Positions 14,066 through 24,386 of a stretch of DNA of 64,000 bases are shown here, in pieces. A model generated the notes under the pieces. It saw only the letters and a list, made by a program, of their open reading frames with translations, did not search any database and was not told the DNA's origin. Positions within the stretch are counted from its first letter, which is position 1; each line of letters begins with the position of its first letter. The position numbers and the translations under genes were made by a program. Source of the DNA: Hypanus sabinus (lineage: Eukaryota). The DNA is taken from the NCBI RefSeq assembly GCF_030144855.1, contig NW_026779142.1, positions 62,001 through 126,000 on the forward strand. The letters are read 5' to 3'.

Positions 14066-14176
14066 GTGAAATCCGACGCGGAGAGTCACATCCACGCCTT
14101 AGAGCAGATATTCGTCGCGAAATCGTACCGTGAGCAGGACCAGACCATCATGCTGGGAAAACTTCTACTGATCAAG
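14066..14176 (+). CDS. Stefin-like gene, coding exon 2 (VKSDAESHIHALEQIFVAKSYREQDQTIMLGKLLLIK)
   Basis: Acceptor gttgttcctgtccag|GTG, 111 nt, phase 0-0, donor AAG|GTGGAG. Starts VK and ends IK like stefin exon 2 (VKPQLEEK...EAVQYKTQVVAGTNYYIK). Confidence 0.85.
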
Positions 14177-14204
14177 GTGGAGTTTCCACACAGAAGCCGG
14201 AAGG

Positions 14205-15180
14205 GAGCAGGGGTGGGAGGGGAATGGAGACCGGGAGAGGGTGGGAGGGGAATGGAGACCGGGAGGGGGTGGGAGTGGAATGGAGACCCGGAGAGGGTGG
14301 GAGGGGAATGGAGACCGGGAGACGGTGGGAGGGGAATGGAGACCGGGAGGGGGTGGGAGGGGAAAGGAAACCGGGAGGGGGTGGGAGGGGAACGGAGAGC
14401 GGGAGAGGTGGGAGGGGAATGGAGACTGGGAGGGGATGGGAGGGGAATGGAGACCGGGAGAGGGTGGGAGGGGAATGGAGACCGGGAGAGAGTGGGAGGG
14501 GAATGGAGACCGGGAGGGGGTGGGAGGGGAATGGAGACCGGGAGGGGGTGGGAGGGGAATGGAGACCGGGAGGGGGTGGGAGGGGAATGGAGACCCGGAG
14601 GAGCTGGGAGAGGAATGGAGACCGGGAGGGGGTGGGAGGGGAGAGGTGTAGGGGAGGTTAGGATTATCAGAGTCGGGAAGTGTGGAGGGGCTAGGAGGGG
14701 AATAGAGCTCGAGAGGTGTGGGATGGGAATGGAGTCCGGGAGGGGGTGGGAAGCTAGAGGAGTACGGGAGGTTAGGATTAACAGAGACGGGAAGGGAGCA
14801 GCTTTGGCAGGGTAATGGAGACCGAGAGAGGGTGGGAGGGGAATGGAGACCGGGAGCGGGTGGGAGGGGAATGGAGACCGGGATGGGGAGGGAGGGGTAT
14901 GGAGACGGGACGGGATTGGAGACCGGGAGGGGCTGGGAGCTTAATGGAGACCGGGAGGGGCTGGGAGGGGAACGGAGACCAAGAAGTGTGGGATGGGAAT
15001 GGAGATCGGGAGGGGTTAGGAGGCGAGAGGTGTACGGGAGGTTAGGATTAACAGAGACGGGAAGGGAGCAGCTCTGGCAGGGGAATGGAGACGGGGATGG
15101 GTGGGAGGAGAATGGAGACCAGGAGGGTGTGGGAGGGGAATGGAGACGGGGAGGGGTGGGAGGGGAATGGAGACCAGGAG
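14205..15180 (+). repeat. G-rich 28-bp minisatellite (ggagaccgggagggggtgggaggggaat)n in intron 2
   Basis: About 15 near-perfect units at 14205-14640, then degenerate units to about 15180. Confidence 0.93.
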
Positions 15181-15311
15181 GTCTGCCAGGGACGTAGATG
15201 GGGTTGGGGAGAGGGAGTAAGATGGAGATGGGGACGGACGTAGCGGAGCAAGTGCATGACGGAGAGTTCAGGAGATGTAGGAGCTGGAGGGGGTGACGAG
15301 ACGAGGACAGG

Positions 15312-15645
15312 TTCAGGGGAGGTAGGAGGTGACGGAGACCGGGAGGGTTTGAGGGGAGAGATGGGATGACAGTGAAGTGGACGGGGTGGGTCAGAGACGG
15401 TGAGAAGTGTAGGGGTCGGAGCGTGTGACGGTGTCGGAGAGGGGTTTAGGGGAGGGAGGGGGTGACGGAGACGAGCAGTGTTTCAGGGGAGGTAGGAGGT
15501 GACGGAGACCGGGAGGGTTAGAGGGGAGAGATGGGATGACAGTGAAGTGGACGGGGTGGGTCAGAGACGGTGAGAAGTGTAGGGGTCGGAGCGTGTGACG
15601 GTGTCGGAGAGGGGTTTAGGGGAGGGAGGGGTTGACGGAGACGGG
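15312..15645 (+). repeat. 170-bp tandem duplication
   Basis: ttcaggggaggtaggaggtgacggagacc starts at 15312 and 15482; the two copies are near identical. Confidence 0.9.
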
Positions 15646-15924
15646 GAGAGGTGTAAGGGAGGTTAGGATTATCAAAGCCGGGGAGGGATGTGGGGGAGGG
15701 AGGGACGATTAAAACGGGGCGGTAGTGTAGGGTAAGGAGGGGTGATAGAGACTGGAAGGGGTGCAGGGGAGGGAGGGTTGAAGGAGTCGGAGAGGGGAGC
15801 AGCGAGGGATGAAGTGGCGGGGATGTGGAGGGAAGTCTCGCGAGAGCGCGGGTCACGGAGGTGGCAGTGGGAAGGGGGTTAGCGGACGGGACTCCCATGA
15901 CTAACCGAGTGACCCTGCCCACAG

Positions 15925-16050
15925 GTCGATATTGGAAACCCCAACAACTTCGTCCACATGGAGGTGTTCGTACCCAGTAACAAACTGCCAGTTCTGGTGG
16001 CCATCCAGGAAAACTTCAGTAACTGCGCTCCGCTGGAACCCTTGGTCTGA
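15925..16050 (+). CDS. Stefin-like gene, coding exon 3 (VDIGNPNNFVHMEVFVPSNKLPVLVAIQENFSNCAPLEPLV*)
   Basis: Branch point TGACTAAC at 15898-15905, acceptor ccctgcccacag|GTC, TGA at 16048-16050. Aligns with stefin exon 3 (VRAGDNKYMHLKVFKSLP...LVLTGYQ). Spliced total is 99 aa; human stefins are 98 aa. Confidence 0.85.
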   Translation, partial: VDIGNPNNFVHMEVFVPSNKLPVLVAIQENFSNCAPLEPLV

Positions 16051-16370
16051 GAAACGAGAGTTTCCTGACCGATGCCAACCCCTCGCTGTGCTTGCGGCCC
16101 ACCCCTCGGGAATATTCCCCTCCCTCCCCACGAAGCTCGTCACACGGGGTAGTTGGGACACCCTTCAGCAACCCATTGTTTAATGCTGGGTTTGGTTCTT
16201 CCTGTGCACAGATCCCAGACACACTCACACCTCCCCCAGACCCTACACACCCACCTCCCCCCCGCCAACTCACCGACACGTCCCGCGCTCCCGGAATACC
16301 AGCAGACCCACCTCTCCAGCTCGCTGAGGCCACCTGAACCGTCAGCTGTTCGACGCAGAATCTTTTCGCT

Positions 16371-16376
16371 AATAAA
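16371..16376 (+). terminator. Polyadenylation signal of the stefin-like gene
   Basis: AATAAA about 320 nt after the stop codon, followed by a GT/T-rich tract. Confidence 0.65.
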
Positions 16377-19264
16377 ACGCGTTGATCCGATTGGCCGTCT
16401 GGTCGTCTTTAACCATCCCCTCTTTCGGATGCTGCGGGCGGGGGCAACGCTGCGAGGCAGTTAGTGCGGATGTGTGAGGGAGAGGGGGAGCTGGACGTAT
16501 GCGGGCCGCTGACCTACAGTCTCACGGAGATCCAATCGGAGGGATGCGGTCACGGCGACAAGGGGAGGGGGCGCGGTTCGAGGTGGCGTGTGGAGGGGAA
16601 TCACTGCGAGGTGTGGATGGTGTCAGTGGGATGAGAGGGCGGGGTCAGTGGGAGGTGGGCGGGATGAGAGGAAATAGTGGGCGGTGTTCGTGGGAGGAGG
16701 GGGCGCGTCACGGACGAGGGGCGGGGTTTGCGGGAGGAGAGGTCGGGCTCAGTGGAGAGAGGGGGCGAGTGGAGAGAGCGGTTCGCGTTGTACAATCTGC
16801 GGCAGGGAGCGCGTAAGAGGGACACCTTTCAATCAGGGCGGCGATGGAGATTTTCAAAGGCAGAGTTTCGGGGCAATTCACGAAGAAGAGCTCCGACTAG
16901 CGACCAGCCGGCCTCTGGGATTGGTTAGCAGGAGCAAGTTAAAGGAAGGCTGTGCCAAGCGCGGCGGCGGTGGTTTGCGTGGTGTTAGGTACACGCAACC
17001 CTGGGGAGAGTTCCTGTTACATGCTCGCAACCCTGTAAAACTATCAGCAGCAATTGGACACACCTCATTTTGCAGTTGACAGTCTCTATTTTACGAGTAA
17101 CTTCTAAATTTAGCAACTTAAAGCAGGTTAAAAAGTTAGCAGTACTATGCAAACGTAAATGTATAGATAAATTTCGCCAAGCAAATTGAAACTCGGGTGG
17201 TAATCGTTACAGTCTTACGATGGGATGTTAGAAAGTTCAGTTCAGTTCAAATGTACAGAGTTGTTGTTGTTGTGTTGAGGGAGATATTTGTAATCCAGGG
17301 CGAAATTAGGCCACAGTTAGGCCTAGTTCTAGTTTGGCCACACTTGGAGTACTGTGTCCAGTTCTGGTCGCTCAGTATAGGAACGATACTTAGAGGCTAC
17401 TTGGAGAGAGTCCAAAGAGTGATCTCTTTGTTTCAAACGTTCCTCTCCCCTCCCCGTCTCTGCAAACTTCGTCCAGTTGCAGCAACTTGTGAGAGTCAGT
17501 TATCAATACTCGGGATCGATCTCAACTCACCCTTGTGCGCTGTCGGAAGTCCCACTGTGTGTGACTCCGCGAGAAAGACAGCTCACCTTGCTTAAACACA
17601 CCCAGACTGAACACCAGCTGCCCATCATGTAACTGCTTCCTGCTTCTCCCCACCGATGGCAACCCAGAAGCCGACAGCAGTTCTGGTAGGTCCTGGTGTA
17701 ATTCCAGAGAAATAGAAACACGAGCTGTTCGCCATAGCACAGGAGCAATTTTTGTCGTCAGCAGAAATCCAACGGCGTATAAATGTTAGTCTCATGCTTT
17801 CGGCGTTTTAAAGGGACAGTCTACAGAAAGAGTGAACCCTCGGAGTACATGACGTTGGACAGAGTCAGAGTGGTCATCTTGAGATCGCTGAGGCCTCAGG
17901 CAGAGAAAGCAAAGGAAAGTAAAGCGCGACGTTGAAGTCTTGTCCCCTCCACCCACTTTATAACCGCTCCGCCGAGACAGTGGAGATGTCGGGCAGGAGA
18001 GCTGAATGCTCCTTTTGCAGGGAGGCGTCCCTTCTCGCTGACGACTGCAACTGCGAAACGTGCCTCTGTCTGCAGCTTATCACAAGCGAGATTAGGATCA
18101 TCTGAGGCACCATTTACAGGTTGCTCTGCACAGGCTCATGAGAAGTACAACAAATGCACAGAGCGCGAACTCTCCAGGGCTGAGGGTACTATTTCCATCT
18201 GTTTTTGGTGCTAAGAGAGAAAACAAACATCAATTTTAGATTGCGAAAACACATCTTTGTTTTTTTTTTTTGGAAATGATGACTGATCCACACTCGGAAT
18301 CGTTCCGGACGCTGTCTCCATATTGAACATTGGTTTTGGTCCAATATTCCGACATCATGTCGATGCCATTCGTCTGTAATCCGTACAGACAGCATGGAGT
18401 TCAACTCACCACGCAAGGAGATCTGGGAGTCACCTGCTTCCGGAGAGGGCTGAACAGGAAAGGTAAAGTGAATGAACGCGAATTCAGCTACTGGAAATGG
18501 TCATTGAATTAGTTACTAAGATACAGAACCCCAGTCCCGGCTCTTCTACCATTTCTGACTGCATTTGCATCCTCCAGTTTCCGCTATCACCAGGTCTTCT
18601 GTTCGTTCATGTTTTAAACTTAAAAACTTTGCAGGCGTAAATTCACCACTTGGATCACAACATATCCCCATCCTTTCCGCCCTTTCAGAAATCTGCTTTT
18701 GCCCCCCCCCCCGCCTTCGCTCTAACATTAAATTTGTGTTCATTTTATCAAGCAGACTAAAGTACAATATTTCTGTTTGAGCAGATGCTCTCTGTCCTGC
18801 TGAGTATTTCGCGTCTTGCGCTTTGTTTTCGACCTTCCAAAGTGTATTACTTCACTCCTTTCTGGATTAAACTTCATCTGCCACTTCTCAGCACAGTTCT
18901 GCTTCCTGCGGATATCACCTAGGAAAATCGTCCGCTCTCTCACCCGTCGTGTTATCTCAAGCTCCCTAGCCCTCCCTTCGACTCTCTCATCCAAACCGTT
19001 CGCAAAAAGCGGCCATCCCAGAATAGAAGAGATCCCAGCGACACACCACTATTCCATGACGCCCATGCAGAACGCCTGTCCGCTATTGCCACCGTTTTTC
19101 TTCTCTAACCAATCAACCCACGCAGCCAAGTTTCTCTCGGCCCCGTGAATCCTGACATTCCGAATGATCTCATCGTTGGGAACCTTGCCCAACACCTCAC
19201 TGAAACCCTGATACATCACCGTTTACATCGGACACAATATCGGACACAACTGGACGCTCGGCTA

Positions 19265-19464
19265 CGATTCTGACCTTCTCTGGTCTATCAGTAAAATGAA
19301 AATAAAATGTTGATTAGAGTAATATCCTGGTGGATCCGGGATTTTCTGACCTCCTCTAGTCCATCTCTACAATGGGATATCCGATACAAATTAACGCGGT
19401 TGTCTAACTGTGGACTGACAGTAAACTTGCATGCCCGGTTCAATTCTGACCTTCTCCGGCCTAT
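19265..19464 (-). pseudogene. CEACAM-like gene: broken B-type IgC2 exon (three abortive exon starts; stop at 19391-19393)
   Basis: tttgtag|AT AGG CCG GAG AAG GTC AGA ATT reads DRPEKVRI (cf. the DGPE.V.I start of B exons). Similar starts recur near 19365 and 19290. No complete Ig domain follows. Confidence 0.6.
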
Positions 19465-19539
19465 CTACAAAATGGGAATACCTGTCTAGTAGAATAAAAT
19501 CCGGTACAAATGATGGTTGCTGGTTACCTGTGTACTTGC

Positions 19540-19815
19540 AGTAAACCTCCACGTAGGTCTCTCCAGAGCCATTGCTGAAAGAGTTGCTGACGATGCACTT
19601 GTACGTCCCGACGTCGTTTCTGTTCACGCTGATTATAGTCAGTTTCGCCTTGTCGGGAGATGTAAATATTCTGCCGTTTTCCCGGATGGGTTGGTTGTCC
19701 TTGAACCATGTCCGTGTCTGAACAGTGCCCGACGCGTCGCAACTCAGTGCGATGGTATCGAGGTTTTCCAGGGGAGTGGAATTATTGGTCACCACGGCAA
19801 CCCCGGTCACTGTCT
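19540..19815 (-). CDS. CEACAM-like gene: A-type IgC2 exon
   Basis: Acceptor tttacag|AG, 276 nt, phase 1-1, open: TPLENLDTIALSCDASGTVQTRTWFKDNQPI...KLTIISVNRNDVGTYKCIVSNSFS. Has C..W..DxGxYxC and the RND.G.Y.C..SN signature of CEACAM A domains. Donor is GCAAGT, or a GT donor 12 nt further on. Confidence 0.85.
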
Positions 19816-19949
19816 CTGTAAATACAATTAAAATGCAAATAGCTTTCACTGGGTTTTATCTACATCATGTACATAATATTTGGAATCTGCCAACTGAGCA
19901 TCGACGCCATTGCCAGCTCTTATCCCTATGTGCTTCTTCACAGGAGAAG

Positions 19950-21270
19950 TCAAAGCTAACACAAAGGCCAAAAGGAGGGTGTACAATGGAACAATCATTA
20001 CTGGGATGTAAAATGACTGGGAAGTTTTAAAAAAATAACAGAAGGCAACTAAAAGGTCATTAAGAAGGAAAATATGGAATTCGAAATCACTCTAGCCAAT
20101 CATATTAAAGAGGATATGTAAAGTTTCTTCAGATTCGTGAGGTGTAAAAATAGACGCGAGAGTGGATATCAAACTGCTGGAAGACGAGAGAGGAGAGGTA
20201 GTGTTTGGCAACAACGAATTGGTGGAAGAGCTGAATAGGTATTCTGCATCATCCCTCACTGTGGAATTCACTGGCGATATGTTGGACTTTCCAGGTATCA
20301 AAGTTCATGCAATGAAAGCATTCTTTCCCAGGGTACGGGAATATAAAAACAAGGAGAAAATGCTGAAATGTTAGAAACCAGTGGTGAGGCCCCACTTGGA
20401 GGATTGTGATCTGTTTTGTATAACCTTAACCACATAACAATTACAGCACGGAAACAGGCCGTCTCGGCCCTTCTAGTCCGTGCCGACCGCTTATTCTCAC
20501 CTAGTCCCACCGACCCGCACTCAGCCCATGACCCTCCATTCCTTTCCCGTCCATATACCTGTCCAATTTTACTTCGAATGACACAACTGAACTGTCACCC
20601 ATATAACAACTACAGCACGGAAACAGGCCATCTCGGCCCTTCCAGTCCGTGCCGACCGCTCACTCTCACCTAGTCCCACCGACCCGCACTCAGCCCATAC
20701 CCCTCCACTCCTTTCCCGTCCAAAAACCTGTCCACATTGTTTTCTAAAATGGTGCCCCTTTCTGCGGAAAGGATGTGTTGAAACTGGAGGCGTTTCAAAG
20801 GAGCTTCAGCAAAATCATTCCGGGATTGAACAGCTTTTCCTGAGAAGAGGGTTTGCCGGCTCTGGCCACCATCCACTGGAATTCAGAAGAATGTGGGGGT
20901 AATCTCACGGAAACCCATCGAGTTGTGAAAGGCCTTTTTAGAGTGCACATACAGAGGATGTTCCTTATGGCGGGAGGGTTCAACACCAGAAGGACAACCT
21001 CTGAATAGAGTGGCGTCCTTTGAGAACGGAGACGAAAGGGAATTTATTTGAATTGAATGTGGTGAATCTGGGAATTATGTTGCACAGGCAGCTGGAGAGG
21101 CCATGTCGTTATGTAAGTTTAAAGCTGAGGATGATAGATTGGTCAGGGCATGAGGGATATGCGGAAACGCCTGTGAATGGGACTGAGAGGAATATTGGAT
21201 TAGCCATGATGAAATGGCGGAGCGGACTCCATTGGCCAAATGGTCTAATTCTCTTTCCCATGCTGTATCG
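19950..21270 (+). mobile_element. Old CR1 ORF2 fragments with two nested, tandem, opposite-strand CR1 3' ends (20428-20748)
   Basis: FGNNELVEELNRY, VRPHLE and 3' UTR motifs on +. The insert is two copies of ataacaa(t/c)tacagcacggaaacaggcc. Confidence 0.75.
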
Positions 21271-21500
21271 CCTTGTAGTCTTAACTGCAGCAATTAACCA
21301 TTTGCAATCCAATCCGCAATTCAAATCAAATCCGATTCACATCTTCATCAATACTCTTATTCTTAAATATGCACCGTCGTCAAACGATATTGTCAGACGA
21401 TATTCTAATCGGGCTCAGGCACTTAGTTGAATTATTCGGGCTGACGGCACCAACACCATTAGTGATAGGACCTCAGCAAAGGGAGGAACGGACGACCTAC

Positions 21501-21735
21501 CGAACACATTGATTTCCGCGGTTGAGGCATTATTCCTTTTTGTAGCCATGTTATAGGCCTCACAAGTTTACTTTCCCGTGTGGCTCACAGAGATGTTGTC
21601 GAGGACGACCTCCTCCCCACTTGGTACGTGGGCACCATTCAGTTGCCAGTTCAATTCAGCGCCTGGGCGGGACTCTGTGGAACATGTTAACCTGATGGTG
21701 CTTCCGGCAACGTGAAAAGAAGAGTCCGGAATTTG
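21501..21735 (-). pseudogene. CEACAM-like gene: disabled B-type IgC2 exon
   Basis: PDSSFHVAGSTIRLTCSTESRPGAELNWQLNG...VVLDNISVSHTGK*TCEAYNMATKRN. In-frame TAA at 21568-21570 replaces the Y of GxYxC. The donor G|GTAGGT is intact, but the acceptor end is replaced by CR1 sequence. Confidence 0.85.
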
Positions 21736-21959
21736 TGGAATTTGTGGCCACGTGCAGTTGTGAAGGTCAGGTCATGGGGGGTATTTAAGGCAGAGATTGA
21801 TAGGTTCATGACTGGACATGGCATCAAAGGTTACAGGGAGAAGGCCGGGAATTGGTGTCGGAGAAAAGTTAAAAAAAAATGATCGGCCATGATTGACGGG
21901 CGGAGCAGTTTCGATGGACCAGACGGCCGAATGCTGCTCCTATGTCTCACTGTCGTTTG

Positions 21960-22700
21960 AATTTCCTTTGGCTGTCAGACTCTGTGAGGATCTATCCTGG
22001 GCCCAACATATTGATGTAATTGCACTGAAGGCACCGCGACCGCCATTTTTCTTAAGGAGACCTAGTATGTCACCAGAGATACTCGCCAGTTTCTACAGAT
22101 GTACCGTGGGGAGCATGCTAACTGTTTGAGGACGTTCTGGTCTTGGACCCAACACGTAGGTGCAATAGCGACGATTGCATGGGCGCGCCCCTACTTCCTA
22201 AGGAGACTGCGCAGACTGGGCATGACGTCTAAAACTGCGACAAAGGTCGATGGATGTGTAATGGTGAGCTCATTGACCTGCTGCCTCATGGTCCGGTGTG
22301 AGGGAAATTAATGCCTTGGAACGGAAAATCCTGCAAAGTGTATTGGATACAGCCCGGTCCATCACGGTAAAGCACTCGCAACCATTGAGCGCATCTACAT
22401 GAAGCGCCGTGGTAGGGAAACAGCATCCGTCATCAAATAGCCTCACCACGCAGGACTTCTCGCCATGCTGGCATCAGGTAGAAGCTGCGAGAAACTCAGT
22501 GCTCGCAGCCCTCGGTTCAAGGAGAGTTACCACCCTTCAGCCATCAGGCTGATCAAATCGGATGACTGCACTCACCTGCCCATCCAGTGATAACCAGTGA
22601 TCTCACTTTAAGGACACTTTATCTCGTCATTTCATGTTCTCCATTTTTGTTAATATTTGTTTATATTTTTAAATCTGCACAGTATGTTGTCCGGTCCACT
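21960..22700 (+). mobile_element. Rex1/Babar-like LINE 3' fragments
   Basis: EDLSWAQHIDVIALKA...SMSPEILASFYRCTVGSMLT and YFLRRLRRLGM match the RT C-terminal region of this clade. Confidence 0.65.
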
Positions 22701-23019
22701 ATCGTGTTCTTCCTGTTATAGTTACTGATCTGCAGCTTTACAGAGTACGAGTGAGAGTTGAACAGTCCATAACGTGGGACTGGCAGGGTGCACTGGTGGC
22801 CCGTTTCTGCATCACAGCCACCTATGCATGTCCGAGAGGAACTCTAATCTAAATCTAATGCGGAACTATGTTGCTCACCCGCTATAGTTTTGTTCAATCG
22901 GAAATAATGCATCTCCCAGCAGCGAACAGGGAAGGTTATATTGTATTCTATCACACCAGAAATAAAATGAAAGTTATAGTCCGAGATCGCATGATTCTGT
23001 ATAACTCTGTCTCACTTAC

Positions 23020-23334
23020 CAATGATACGCAGAGAGATAGTCGCTGAGGTCATGGAGCCACTAGTTGGAACCATATTCACACGGTATTCCCCACCGTCAG
23101 ACATTTTCACCGACTTCAGCAGAAGCGACCCTGTGGACGTGAATAGCTCAGTCCGCGATGTGTAGGCGTTGTCAATAGACACGGTTTGGCCGATCCACTG
23201 GGCGATTGTTCTCCCATTAAAATTCCAGCTTCCACTGGTGACCACGGCCGACGGCCGCACCGACAAGAACGCATTTCTCCTGACGGTGACATTTATCTGG
23301 CTGAACTCGAGAATGGTAAACTGCCGAGACTCAC
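23020..23334 (-). CDS. CEACAM-like gene: N (IgV-like) domain exon
   Basis: Acceptor cattctcag|GT, donor G|GTAAGT, 315 nt, phase 1-1, open: ESRQFTILEFSQINVTVRRNAFLSV...GSWNFNG..IAQW...AYTSRTELFTSTGSLLLKSVKMSDGGEYRVNM. Has the R..D salt bridge, GSLLL and DxGxY, with no cysteines, as in CEACAM N domains. Confidence 0.88.
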
Positions 23335-23513
23335 CTGAGAATGAGAAAATCGTAAGAGTGAAAAGTGACAGATGCGGAGAGACTCGAGAACTGCAATTAG
23401 CTCAATCGACACTGATAGTCATATCGCCTCTTATAAACTGCCCTTCTATCCTCTGACCACCCGCCGTTCTGTTGATTATCTGACCGCTCACTGTTCGAGA
23501 GAGTGACCCTCAC

Positions 23514-23565
23514 CCGCCGTTATGTGGAGACAAAGAACGAGAGCTGCGAAGGCCAGTCCCGACAT
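23514..23565 (-). CDS. CEACAM-like gene: leader (signal peptide) exon 1a, MSGLAFAALVLCLHITA(G)
   Basis: ATG at 23565-23563, 52 nt, hydrophobic core, phase-1 donor G|GTGAGG compatible with the N exon. Confidence 0.82.
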
Positions 23566-23609
23566 CCCGAGAGAGCAGCGCCGATCTCTGTTACACTCGG
23601 AGACTGAGC

Positions 23610-23675
23610 CGCACTTCCTGGTTTGCGGGTCTGATATCTGGATTCTGACGTCACAAGCGGCAGCGCTGATTGGAT
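23610..23675 (-). promoter_or_regulatory. TATA-less promoter motifs upstream of leader 1a (ETS, CRE, CCAAT)
   Basis: CAGGAAGT at 23613-23620, palindromic TGACGTCA at 23646-23653 and CCAATCAG at 23666-23673, all 50-110 bp upstream of the ATG. Confidence 0.6.
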
Positions 23676-23786
23676 CAGAGAGTCTGTACTTTGCTCGAAT
23701 CTACATCAAATCCTGTGTGTTGTTCTACAACTATCTGCTGCTGTTTTGTTGAGTGCGATAATGATCTCAAAGAGAGTGTCTCTCAC

Positions 23787-23829
23787 CCACCGACATGAAG
23801 AGAAAAAGAGCGAGTAAAGTGAACGTCAT
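23787..23829 (-). CDS. Duplicated leader exon 1b, MTFTLLALFLFMSV(G)
   Basis: Paralog of exon 1a 273 bp upstream. The aligned start codon reads ATC, but an in-frame ATG lies 3 codons later. Phase-1 donor G|GTGAGA. Confidence 0.5.
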
Positions 23830-24386
23830 CCACGCGATCCCGAGAGAGCGGCATCTGTCTCTGTTACTTTCTGAGAGTGATCCGCATTTCCTCGTCTCCG
23901 TGCCAGATGTCGAGAGTGTGCTAGGTCAAACCTCGGAGCTGTTGGATAGTAGAGCGAGAAGCAGGGAAATAAACAGACTTAAAGCGCTGAAGAAACAGAC
24001 TATTCAGCCCTCGATACTATGCCCTCATGTTTACCAGATCACGTGACATTTTCCTCAAAACTACACTCCTCTGAAGTAGATAGAAAGGTTGAGTGTTGTC
24101 ACCGCACGTCAGCGGCTGGATTCTATTCGGTGATGGAGGAGGTCTGATATCGGTATGTCAACAAAGACTGGGATATGTACGGACCTGCAAGGTGGGGAGC
24201 ATTCGGACTGTTTCCATCACCGTCTGGTGTGCGGGCCCCAATGCCTGGGATCCACACAGAATGCAAACACCTGTGCACACAATCACATCCATCACGGTAC
24301 TAGCCTCACCGTAATCCTGGACATCTTGAAAACGTTGCACCTGCAGAAGTCCAGGTCCCCAGTTAAAGACCATCGCCATCGACATT

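Noticed and set aside
12945-15257. Long ORFs of 130-330 aa on both strands
   Set aside because: Low-complexity artefacts of GA/G-rich repeats. Only 14066-14176 is supported as coding.
17587-17692. Candidate TM exon for the CEACAM-like gene on - (cag|...AAG|GTGAGC)
   Set aside because: The phase-1 frame has two stops and no continuous hydrophobic helix. At best a decayed exon, and it cannot be supported.
23630-23675. CRE followed by CTGATTGG, resembling the MHC class II X2-Y module
   Set aside because: No recognisable X1/RFX or S box, shorter spacing, and reversed orientation relative to the gene. Treated as generic CRE and CCAAT motifs.
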